DNA of 55,762 bases from Bacillota bacterium (GCA_021848765.1 JAJZTU010000001.1:1-55762), one strand, 5' to 3'. Shown: positions 17,090-24,485, counted from the first letter of the stretch. Numbers and translations: made by a program. The notes: generated from the letters alone by a model not told the origin.

Positions 17090-17135
17090 TTTCTATTGTG
17101 ATATCTTTGGTAGCCCTATGATTCCACAATAGAAA
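17090..17135. repeat. Perfect 11-bp inverted repeat with a 24-nt spacer (int terminator and/or attP candidate)
   Basis: TTTCTATTGTG (17090-17100) and CACAATAGAAA (17125-17135), located 4 nt after the int stop. Confidence 0.7.
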
Positions 17136-17424
17136 CCCATTTTCTAATCACTCCTCACGGGCAATTATAGCGCAATTATTGGCTGTGTGCAATGTTTAGG
17201 AGTTGATTTCGGAGGCGGCCCACTGGTCGTCTTTTAGCATTTCCTGAGTCCTTTTTGATCTGCTTCGCTCCGGCCCCCCATCATCTCCCCTAACCCTTCT
17301 TAATTTTGGTTGAATTTGTTGATAAATTTGCACATGGACAAATTAAATGAGTCGTTTCTAGTTTCTGGAACGTATATATAAACGAATGGATAAGGAGAAG
17401 CCAACGAATGAGCAAGCGAACGGA

Positions 17425-17634
17425 TTAAGGCAGTTTATCAATCCACTTTTCTACCCTAGCTTTCTTCTGTTCTAAATCCTGGATAACCGGACTTAATTCC
17501 TTGGCAATCAAGTTAACTGCCGTTATGGTAGCGAGCAATATCACCAAATAGCCTACCAGTTTCTTGTCAAGCACCAGGCAAATTACATAGATCAGAACAG
17601 CCAAAGTTGCAATAGCCATAAGCTCAGCTAGCAT
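17425..17634 (-). CDS. Small two-TM membrane protein
   Basis: 69 aa with two hydrophobic helices and a charged C-terminal tail. It is the last gene of the FtsK block. Confidence 0.6.
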   Translation of the reverse strand: MLAELMAIATLAVLIYVICLVLDKKLVGYLVILLATITAVNLIAKELSPVIQDLEQKKARVEKWIDKLP

Positions 17635-17635
17635 T

Positions 17636-17869
17636 TTATTTCAACCCCGCAATCCCGGCCACGGCCCCAATTGCTTTAGCGACTTCACTAACAACCAATC
17701 CGATACAGACAAAGATAGTCACAATCCTGATAAAGCCCGCCGCCTTCCCGTTCTTGGCCGCCTGCGCCAGTGTTTCCAGTAGCCAACCTACTACCGCAAT
17801 CAGCATGAGTTGAACCATCACCGCAGCTGGGCCGCCAAAGCCAAAAGTGTGCTTAGCTAATTCTGCCAT
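17636..17869 (-). CDS. Small two-TM membrane protein
   Basis: 77 aa with two hydrophobic helices. It overlaps the end of the Replic_Relax gene. Confidence 0.6.
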   Translation of the reverse strand: MAELAKHTFGFGGPAAVMVQLMLIAVVGWLLETLAQAAKNGKAAGFIRIVTIFVCIGLVVSEVAKAIGAVAGIAGLK

Positions 17870-18513
17870 GACATGGCCTCCTCTCGAATGTCCCTTAACA
17901 ACCGCACGTCAAAGTTAAGACCTTCCGTATTCTCCTCCGCTATGTGCTGGAGTATTTTTTCCTTCCTGGGCACTGATGTTGTCACCGTTAGGATGGTCGG
18001 AAACTTATCCGTCAATTCTACCCACCACCTATCCTCATAACCACCCTGCCGGAACAACTGACAATATTTTGTCACCTTGTCAAATTTGTTCCCAGGACTC
18101 CGGTCCATTTCAATAAAATAGAATCGAAATTGCCCTGTAACCGTATTTTTTACAGCCACAAAAGCGTCGCAGCGTAAAACGCCATAATTCTGCTCATACA
18201 AAAAGCAATGCACCTTTTCCCAAGATCTTTTTGTTTTCTCCAACCACACCCTAACCCAATTAATGCCCTCCAAATGGGCGCTCATTGCGTTTTTATCGCC
18301 CAGTGAATATAATAAATATCCTTCTTCTGCCCTCCAGCGGTTTACAGAGCCTTTTAGGGCCAGTTTTCTGAGCCTTTCCTGGGACTTGCGCTGTGAGGAT
18401 TGAATGTCAAAAAAAAGCATCAACCTAACCTGGTGCGCATCAGTCACTCCCCATTCTTCAATCATCTTTAGAATAGCCTTATCTCGGGAATAACCTTTTT
18501 GTCGTTTGTTCAA
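17857..18513 (-). CDS. Replication-relaxation (Replic_Relax, PF13814-like) protein
   Basis: 218 aa. The N-terminal winged-HTH pattern (SRDKAILKMIEEWGVTDAHQVRLMLF...QERLRKLALKGSVNRW...YSLG) is typical of the family. It overlaps the FtsK-like gene. Confidence 0.6.
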   Translation of the reverse strand: MNKRQKGYSRDKAILKMIEEWGVTDAHQVRLMLFFDIQSSQRKSQERLRKLALKGSVNRWRAEEGYLLYSLGDKNAMSAHLEGINWVRVWLEKTKRSWEKVHCFLYEQNYGVLRCDAFVAVKNTVTGQFRFYFIEMDRSPGNKFDKVTKYCQLFRQGGYEDRWWVELTDKFPTILTVTTSVPRKEKILQHIAEENTEGLNFDVRLLRDIREEAMSWQN

Positions 18514-19594
18514 ATTCCCACCCCCTTTCCGGGAAGGCTATTTTCTTCCGTTGTTCTTTAGATAGGCACATGGTCTGCACTTCTTTGAACTCTCCACCAA
18601 ACCGGAAGATAGCTCTACCCTTAACCGCCGGTAACCAGGCTGCTTTAGAGCATTCTTCCCCCAGGATGACCCGGGAGCTAATTTCACTGCCCACCTTAAA
18701 GCACATCCTAGCCTCAAATAAATCCCTACACTGTCCTGGGATAACTGATACATCCGGCCTTTGGGTAGCGGCTACCAGGTGAATCCCCACCGCCCGGGCT
18801 AATTGGGCAAGCTTTGTCAGCATTTCCATGCTTTCTTTACTGATCTGCGCCACCTCATCGAAGATAGCTACAATGTACGGCAGAGTAGAATCATACTCCT
18901 GGATCTTGGTCACAGAGACATCAGCTTGCTCCAACAGGGCTATTCTGCGGCCGTATTCCTTAAGCAACGCCTTCAGCAGTCCCTGCGCTTCTTCATCGTC
19001 CCTGGCAAGCAGGATATATCTTCCTAGATAGCGGAAGTCTAACCTTTTTGGGTCACTAATACATACCCAGGCTCGGGGAATTAGGGCATTAGCCAAGCAG
19101 TGCAGGAACATGGTTTTCCCCCACCCCGTCTGACCTCCTACCAACAGGTGAGGACTATCGCACAGGTCAAACACTTCTAACCCCTTCTGGCTGCACCCAA
19201 TAGGGATAGGTAGTTCCATGTGCTCATATTTACCAGAATCCCAGGCATACTCTACATAATTAGGCAGTTCGCTAGTTTGAATCTCCATGTGCAGTTGTCC
19301 GTTCCATGTCATATTGACAAAGCCCTTTACTGCATCGGAGAAAAAGTTCTCTTTTGCTTTGCACTGCTTAAAGCTTATCCCGGGTGGTAGGTTAAACACT
19401 AAATACCAACCATAAGGAGTCTTTTGCTTGCTAACCATTACTGGCCTTCGTTTGTCCTTTGTCTCAAATCGCAAGTTGTCAAAGGTGTCCAGGATTAACC
19501 CTGGAATCTCATTTCCTGGCCGGTGCCGCCAGGTGTGCCGGATTAAACTGGTCAACTCTACAAGCACGCCTTCTTCTTTAGGCAATTTATTCAC
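18479..19594 (-). CDS. FtsK/SpoIIIE-family DNA translocase ATPase (TcpA/TraB-like)
   Basis: Walker A is GGQTGWGKT, Walker B is YIVAIFDEVAQ, and HLVAATQRPD is present. There is no N-terminal TM segment. The probable real start is TTG at 19585, 8 nt after GGAGG. Confidence 0.85.
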   Translation of the reverse strand: MNKLPKEEGVLVELTSLIRHTWRHRPGNEIPGLILDTFDNLRFETKDKRRPVMVSKQKTPYGWYLVFNLPPGISFKQCKAKENFFSDAVKGFVNMTWNGQLHMEIQTSELPNYVEYAWDSGKYEHMELPIPIGCSQKGLEVFDLCDSPHLLVGGQTGWGKTMFLHCLANALIPRAWVCISDPKRLDFRYLGRYILLARDDEEAQGLLKALLKEYGRRIALLEQADVSVTKIQEYDSTLPYIVAIFDEVAQISKESMEMLTKLAQLARAVGIHLVAATQRPDVSVIPGQCRDLFEARMCFKVGSEISSRVILGEECSKAAWLPAVKGRAIFRFGGEFKEVQTMCLSKEQRKKIAFPERGWEFEQTTKRLFPR

Positions 19595-19657
19595 CTCCCA
19601 TTCGTCCTTGTAGCGTATATTTATTCCTGGGTGGTGATGATTATGCCTTTCCCGGAT

Positions 19658-19692
19658 AAAAAATAAAACCCTGCGGTTAATCTTCCACAGGG
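19658..19692 (-). terminator. Intrinsic terminator overlapping the 3' end of the XRE gene
   Basis: On the minus strand, CCCTGTG-10 nt-CGCAGGG followed by TTTTATTTTTT. Confidence 0.6.
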
Positions 19693-19889
19693 TCTATTAG
19701 GTCCTCCATATGCAATTCGGGGAAATCGGCTTTCAGTTTCTGGTATATAGCCCACAGCGTTTCAAGAGACGGCTGCTTTTTGTGATGCTCCCATTGATTG
19801 ATCTGCCCTGGCCTCACCCCCAGGTACTCAGCAAACTCAGTCTGGTCCATCTCTTTACGGTGCCGCCAGTGCTTTAGCCGGTTTCGCAT
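19677..19889 (-). CDS. XRE-family HTH regulator
   Basis: ATG at 19889 follows GAGGTGGTGG. The HTH is MDQTEFAEYLGVRPGQINQWEH. Confidence 0.7.
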   Translation of the reverse strand: MRNRLKHWRHRKEMDQTEFAEYLGVRPGQINQWEHHKKQPSLETLWAIYQKLKADFPELHMEDLIDPVED

Positions 19890-20068
19890 GTCCACCACCT
19901 CACAGAGATATTCGCCCCAGCTTGTCCCAATTCCTGCCAGGAAATAGAAAAACCCCGGCATTTAGTCAGGGCTATCTTCTTCAATTTCCCTCCTCCTATT
20001 GACATATGCTATCTAGCCACCTTCCGCGAACGGTCGTTTTTCACCCCCGAATGGCCGAATATTCCCTG

Positions 20069-20097
20069 TTGACACCATGGCACCATTATGCTATACT
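20069..20097 (+). promoter_or_regulatory. Near-consensus sigma-A promoter TTGACA-N17-TATACT
   Basis: TTGACA at 20069-20074 and TATACT at 20092-20097, about 70 nt upstream of the ATG at 20168. Confidence 0.7.
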
Positions 20098-20167
20098 GTA
20101 ATCACAGCAAAGGAAATGGCAGCGCAAATCGGTCAGCCCCACCGACGGGGCGGAAGGAGAATGCAAA

Positions 20168-20680
20168 ATGAAAATCAAAGTATCCGGCTACAGCGCCAAT
20201 GAAGGAACCCGCGAGTTTGAGATTCTGGAGCGCGAAGAACTCCAGACCAAGATTGACAACCTTTCGAACACGGAAGTTTTTCGTCGCACTTTCGAAGAGG
20301 CTAGGGCATATAGACACACCGGCACCGCCTACACCTACATAGATGCCCGGAGCGGTGAAATCAAGACCTGCTGGCTTGGATCGAACACCACGAACCACCC
20401 CTGGGATAGTTTCTATGAAATCTGGCTATGTTCCCTGAAAACCGGAAATGGCGAGCAGAATTTTGGGGTTGAGGACCTGCTCGACACGTCGAGCGCAGAG
20501 TACGAAAAGTATCTGGAGTCGGACCTGAACGCAGAGGACTTCATTAGCACTAAATATGGTGCCGATGACCTTGCTGAACGAATTGAAAACGCCATATCGT
20601 GGCAAGCAGTGGAGTTCTACTTCGATGAGGATGATATAGAACGCCAAATCGAAGAGTTATATTCCGACCCAACGGAGTAG
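20168..20680 (+). CDS. Acidic hypothetical protein (170 aa)
   Basis: RBS is GGAAGGAG. The sequence is strongly D/E-rich, especially at the C-terminus (FDEDDIERQIEELYSDPTE). It is the first gene of the GC-rich operon. Confidence 0.7.
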   Translation: MKIKVSGYSANEGTREFEILEREELQTKIDNLSNTEVFRRTFEEARAYRHTGTAYTYIDARSGEIKTCWLGSNTTNHPWDSFYEIWLCSLKTGNGEQNFGVEDLLDTSSAEYEKYLESDLNAEDFISTKYGADDLAERIENAISWQAVEFYFDEDDIERQIEELYSDPTE

Positions 20681-20738
20681 TGGTTTCAAGGCCAGCCGGG
20701 AGCCTCATCCCGGCACCACAAAGAAAGGAGCTAACACC

Positions 20739-20882
20739 ATGACCATCAACTACACCCGCGTCACCCTCCGCATCCCGGAGGATCTGTATGAAAAACTGCG
20801 CATACTGGCGTTTGAGAGTCGGAAGTCGCAGAATCAGATTATAGTGGAGGCCCTGGCGGCCTACCTAAAAAAGGAGAGTTGA
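20739..20882 (+). CDS. Ribbon-helix-helix (CopG-like) protein, 47 aa
   Basis: The pattern RVTLRIPEDLYEKLRILAFESRKSQNQIIVEALAAYL is a classic RHH. RBS is AAAGGAG. Confidence 0.65.
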   Translation: MTINYTRVTLRIPEDLYEKLRILAFESRKSQNQIIVEALAAYLKKES

Positions 20883-20970
20883 TATATGATAATGTATTTA
20901 GGCACCATGGACTATGAGTAATCCCCAAGGGCCAGCCGGGGCCTAATCCGGCGCAAGGAGGATGAATAGT

Positions 20971-21129
20971 ATGATACATATTAAGGTGTTCTTCGCAAAT
21001 GGCGATTCCCTAGTTACCGGTTTCAATGGTAGTATGTTGCAGGCTTGCAACTACTACGTGGGCCATGTTTTTCAGCTGGGGATATCGGAATCCAGCAAAT
21101 CGAGAGCTGTCAGAATAGAGCAACTCTAG
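20971..21129 (+). CDS. Hypothetical small protein (52 aa)
   Basis: ATG follows the conserved AAGGAGGATGAATA cassette. It is below the ORF-track cutoff. Confidence 0.4.
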   Translation: MIHIKVFFANGDSLVTGFNGSMLQACNYYVGHVFQLGISESSKSRAVRIEQL

Positions 21130-21197
21130 CCCCTCCCCAGGGGCCATAATAAAGGAGGATGAATAACTATGAAAATTTATCAAACAGCAAGAAGTTG

Positions 21198-21225
21198 TTT
21201 ACATGCGCCACATATGTGGTATACT
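21198..21225 (+). promoter_or_regulatory. Candidate internal promoter TTTACA-N16-TGgTATACT (extended -10)
   Basis: TTTACA at 21198-21203, TG at 21217-21218 and TATACT at 21220-21225. Confidence 0.45.
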
Positions 21226-21240
21226 AGTATCAAGAGATGA

Positions 21241-21331
21241 GCCTCAAGTGAGGCGCACTCAAATCACAGCCCCCCGGAAGCTGAGATTCCGGCCCTGGCG
21301 AGTGCCAGGTGTCCCGCCCGAGTGGAGCGGG
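21241..21331 (+). promoter_or_regulatory. Structured 5' leader made of four consecutive hairpins, the last reaching the RBS
   Basis: The hairpins are GCCTC-aagt-GAGGC (21241-54), CCGGAA-6nt-TTCCGG (21275-92), CCTGGC-gagt-GCCAGG (21294-309) and CCCGC-9nt-GCGGG (21313-31). The last overlaps GGGAGGAAGGAG. Confidence 0.35.
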
Positions 21332-21345
21332 AGGAAGGAGTCAAA

Positions 21346-21639
21346 ATGAAAAAGACTACTACTCAACTGTCCGAGCAAGTGCTCAAAGCCGCACAAGAGT
21401 ACCTCAATCGCCGTGACCGCATCAGTCACCCCTCCGGTAGCTTTGATAAAGCCGGGCGGTGGTATCCCAGCGAGTCCGAAACTTGCGACTGCTGCGGCGC
21501 AATCTGCAGTCCCTCCCGAGCATTTCCGTACAGTTATATGGTGCACTGCCGGACAGCCGGCCATGTCGCCAAACTATACGGCGTGGATGTCAAAGAGCTG
21601 CTGAAGGCAGCCCGGCAACTCGAGAAAGCCACAGCCTAA
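21346..21639 (+). CDS. Cys-rich hypothetical protein (97 aa)
   Basis: ATG at 21346 follows GGAGGAAGGAG. The sequence includes ..CDCCGAICS..HC. Confidence 0.6.
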   Translation: MKKTTTQLSEQVLKAAQEYLNRRDRISHPSGSFDKAGRWYPSESETCDCCGAICSPSRAFPYSYMVHCRTAGHVAKLYGVDVKELLKAARQLEKATA

Positions 21640-22064
21640 TTCCCCAATTGGACACCGCATAACGAGATACATTCCTGCCCCCATGGGTGTGCAAGGGCAG
21701 GACGCTACAAGCCAGGCAACGGATCGATTGCCGACCTGGTGCGTTGGAGACATCGATCGACGGCGAAAGGACGGCACCGCATCTGCTAGCGACCGTCTCC
21801 GTTTGGCACAGTAGCAGGCGCCAATAAGCCCGGTAGAGTGGGTCTGTAGCCGGGTGGTGCGAGTTGACTGACCATGATAGCAGCGGGAGTCCCGGCATAG
21901 GCGACGATTAACGCGCCGGAGAGGATGCCAGTGCGCCGGGACGGTCTCAGTCAGGTAGTGGGGACCGAGACAATATATTACACTGCTGGCAGTCAGACGA
22001 TACTGCCCAGTGGCGAGTGCCGCTGTGCCAGCCGGAAGTACCGGCGGCAAGAAAGGAGTCTCCC
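21640..22064 (+). ncRNA. Candidate large structured non-coding element (RNA or ssDNA); function unknown
   Basis: This ~425-nt GC-rich gap has no credible ORF. It carries dense stem-loops (21674-701, 21711-40, 21746-800, 21828-55, 21981-22012, 22019-48). The strand is assumed from the flanking genes. Confidence 0.3.
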
Positions 22065-22916
22065 ATGACAACCCAAAAAGCAACTATCGCCTACTTGCTG
22101 AGCGAGGAGGGCCGCAAGAAGTCCCTGCTCCAGGGCGGGAACGGCAAGGGGGAACAGGTTCTGGATGCCGAAATCACTCCAGAGCTGCTGAAGTTAGCCT
22201 TTGTGGACAGGGACGGCAGCGTTAAGCTGCGAGTTGGCAGTGACAGCGGCTACAGCCCCCTGAACTGCTTGGACTACAGGCTTGAAATTGATACTTATAG
22301 TGGCAAGCCACACATGAAGGAAGTTGGGGAGTTTGTCAGATTCAATGCCCCCCAGACCGCTGAGGCCCTCATCGCCTTTGAGACCGCCCGCCAAGCGAAA
22401 CTGGAGGCCCGGAAAGCCGAACTCCAGCCGGAATATGACCGACTCATGGCAGAGTACGAGTCCCGCATGGCAGAGAAAAAGGCCCGCGAGGAAGAAGAGG
22501 CAGCCCGCGACAGAGCTGCACGGGAAGCCCAGGAAGCTGAGCGCAAGGCCGAACGCGAGCGGCTGGAGGCCGAGAAACTCCAGTGGATTCAGGAGCACGG
22601 CAGCGAGTGCCTCCGGGATGCCGTGGACCTTGGCTACGACTGCCAACGGAAGTATGTCGCCCAGCGGACAGACATGGAGTTTCCCGGCTACATCGTCGAC
22701 TTCGATGATACCGCCGAGTGGAAGTCCCGCTCCTGCCCCAGTCGGGAGGCCCTGGCAGAGGTCAAGGACCTCATCGCCAAGGGGTATGACGCGAAGGTGG
22801 TCTGGCTGACAGTTACTCCGGCGCAATTACCGGAGGAAGAATGGCCATTCCGACCCTGCGAGGCAATTGTGATTCGCAACTACCTTGGTAAGTACGACCT
22901 GGTCAAGGAGGTATGA
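22065..22916 (+). CDS. Hypothetical protein with a central charged coiled coil (283 aa)
   Basis: ATG at 22065 follows AAAGGAG. The central region is an E/R/A-rich helix (EKKAREEEEAARDRAAREAQEAERKAERERLEAEK). Confidence 0.7.
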   Translation: MTTQKATIAYLLSEEGRKKSLLQGGNGKGEQVLDAEITPELLKLAFVDRDGSVKLRVGSDSGYSPLNCLDYRLEIDTYSGKPHMKEVGEFVRFNAPQTAEALIAFETARQAKLEARKAELQPEYDRLMAEYESRMAEKKAREEEEAARDRAAREAQEAERKAERERLEAEKLQWIQEHGSECLRDAVDLGYDCQRKYVAQRTDMEFPGYIVDFDDTAEWKSRSCPSREALAEVKDLIAKGYDAKVVWLTVTPAQLPEEEWPFRPCEAIVIRNYLGKYDLVKEV

Positions 22917-22917
22917 C

Positions 22918-23040
22918 ATGGACGGGTACTGCTGGCAGTGTGGCTTGCCCCTGGTTAACGACGAGGCAACCGGCGAATCCGAAGATGACTGTTATTGCGC
23001 CGAATGTCTAAAAGAGATTATGAACGAACAGCATAACTAG
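22918..23040 (+). CDS. Zn-ribbon mini-protein (40 aa)
   Basis: The sequence is MDGYCWQCG...CYCAEC. It starts 1 nt after the upstream stop. Confidence 0.45.
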   Translation: MDGYCWQCGLPLVNDEATGESEDDCYCAECLKEIMNEQHN

Positions 23041-23079
23041 TCCCCGCCAAGTGGCCGGGGTTGCGGCAAACAAGTGTGA

Positions 23080-23132
23080 GCCGCCTGGGAATCATTGCAG
23101 ACAATTAGCCTGCGTGTCTTAGGCGGCTTTTT
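23080..23132 (+). terminator. Terminator of the GC-rich operon
   Basis: GCCGCCT (23080-86) pairs with AGGCGGC (23121-27) and is followed by TTTTT. The loop is long. Confidence 0.5.
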
Positions 23133-23268
23133 AATTTTGAGAGGAGTTGAAACATGAGAATTCAAATTCCGGCATTTATTCGCATGGGGTATAGTGGAGG
23201 TTAAGATTGATTATAAACCTGACCCAAACAATACCAAACAATAGGATTCTGAAGGTTGGTGATTATCT

Positions 23269-23592
23269 TTGACTGTCGAATGGTTTGAAATAGAAACTGC
23301 TAAAAGAAATATTCTGTCGATCAACTTTGCTAAATCTGCCGTGGGTTTGAGTAAATTTTTAGCTGAAGACTTGAAAGAAAAAAACGCAACACATATCCAA
23401 ATCGGATATGACGATCAGAGAGAAAAACTAATCGTTAAACCGAGCAAAAACGGACTAAAGCTACTAGGAAGCCGCAAAGCCGGAACAGTAACTCTCACTA
23501 AAGTATTAACCGCCTGGCTCGAAGAGAAGAATGTAAAAGGTAAATATGAGTTGGTTTATGACGAAGCGCGAGGCTGGTATGAGTCAAAATGA
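23269..23592 (+). CDS. Hypothetical protein (107 aa)
   Basis: TTG start follows GAAGGTTGGTG. It lies in the AT-rich block. Confidence 0.5.
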   Translation: MTVEWFEIETAKRNILSINFAKSAVGLSKFLAEDLKEKNATHIQIGYDDQREKLIVKPSKNGLKLLGSRKAGTVTLTKVLTAWLEEKNVKGKYELVYDEARGWYESK

Positions 23593-23832
23593 GTGGTTTG
23601 GTTCGCCTCTCTCAAAGGCTGTGCTTCTTGCGGCAAGGAGTTTAAGCCAAACAGTAACGTACAAATCTACTGCAGTACGACATGTGCAGAGCGAGAAAAA
23701 AAGAGGCAAAAGCGCCGGAGGCGCAGAGAAAAAAGTTTATGTATATATTGTGCCAATCCATTGGATATGAATGCGGCCTATTGTCAAAAATGCTCAGATT
23801 ACTTTAGAGACGCAAAGAGGAAAGGGGATTGA
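23593..23832 (+). CDS. Basic Zn-ribbon protein (79 aa)
   Basis: GTG start. It has CASCG...CSTTC, then KKRQKRRRRREK, then CIYC...CQKC. Confidence 0.5.
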   Translation: MVWFASLKGCASCGKEFKPNSNVQIYCSTTCAEREKKRQKRRRRREKSLCIYCANPLDMNAAYCQKCSDYFRDAKRKGD

Positions 23833-23835
23833 TAA

Positions 23836-24060
23836 ATGGGTTTACTGACCCCAACCCAACAGTTGGTTGACTACATTTTGGGTTTGTTGTGCGGGTTATA
23901 CATTATTACACGTAAAAATTATCGTGACCTTTTACCAGATGTTGTCCTTTTGTTCAGCGACAATAAAGCGGTTATTGCTTTGCTCGTAACCTATATTGGA
24001 GGCTATTTTATGATCCCCTGGATTTTTTATCACACATTCCGGGGACGCAAGGAGGATTAA
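23836..24060 (+). CDS. Small membrane protein (74 aa)
   Basis: Two hydrophobic segments. RBS is AGGAAAGGGG. Confidence 0.55.
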   Translation: MGLLTPTQQLVDYILGLLCGLYIITRKNYRDLLPDVVLLFSDNKAVIALLVTYIGGYFMIPWIFYHTFRGRKED

Positions 24061-24062
24061 CT

Positions 24063-24485
24063 ATGTCAGACTACACGAGACCAACTATCCACATCCGCTC
24101 AAACCTGGACGAACAAATCAAGTCCCGTGGCTCCCGCAGTACCGTCATCTCCCGCGACCTGGAGCGGCTGTACACCCTTTACCGCCGGGCACTAGCGGAA
24201 GTCAAGCTCACTATTGACGAGGCCTGCCTCATTGTTGACGCGCTCAACGGCAGCCTGATGGATGCCAACACAGCCCGGCTACTGTGGGCCAATATTGCCG
24301 ATGCCGTCAGCATGGACGGTTTGGACGAAAAGTGGTCAGTCGATGGTCCGGCATTGGTTGAGAAGCTGCGCGGGCTGAGCGATATTCAGGCCTTGGCCGT
24401 GGTTGATGCGGCAGAACGGTTTTGGCAAGGGCCATATCGGGAAACGGATATATACGAAGCCGTCGAAGAGTGTTTTTTGGTTTAG
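24063..24485 (+). CDS. Hypothetical protein (140 aa)
   Basis: ATG follows AAGGAGG. It is followed directly by a terminator. Confidence 0.65.
   Translation: MSDYTRPTIHIRSNLDEQIKSRGSRSTVISRDLERLYTLYRRALAEVKLTIDEACLIVDALNGSLMDANTARLLWANIADAVSMDGLDEKWSVDGPALVEKLRGLSDIQALAVVDAAERFWQGPYRETDIYEAVEECFLV

Noticed and set aside
20687-21169. The repeated hairpin units as a CRISPR array.
   Set aside because: There are only three units. They are imperfect, unevenly spaced, and separated by RBS-preceded coding ORFs. There are no cas genes.
21574-22083. 169-aa and 102-aa minus-strand ORFs covering the GC-rich gap.
   Set aside because: Their composition is Arg/Cys/Pro/Thr-rich and not protein-like. They have no RBS, overlap each other and run antisense to the operon. 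The region is better explained as structured non-coding sequence.
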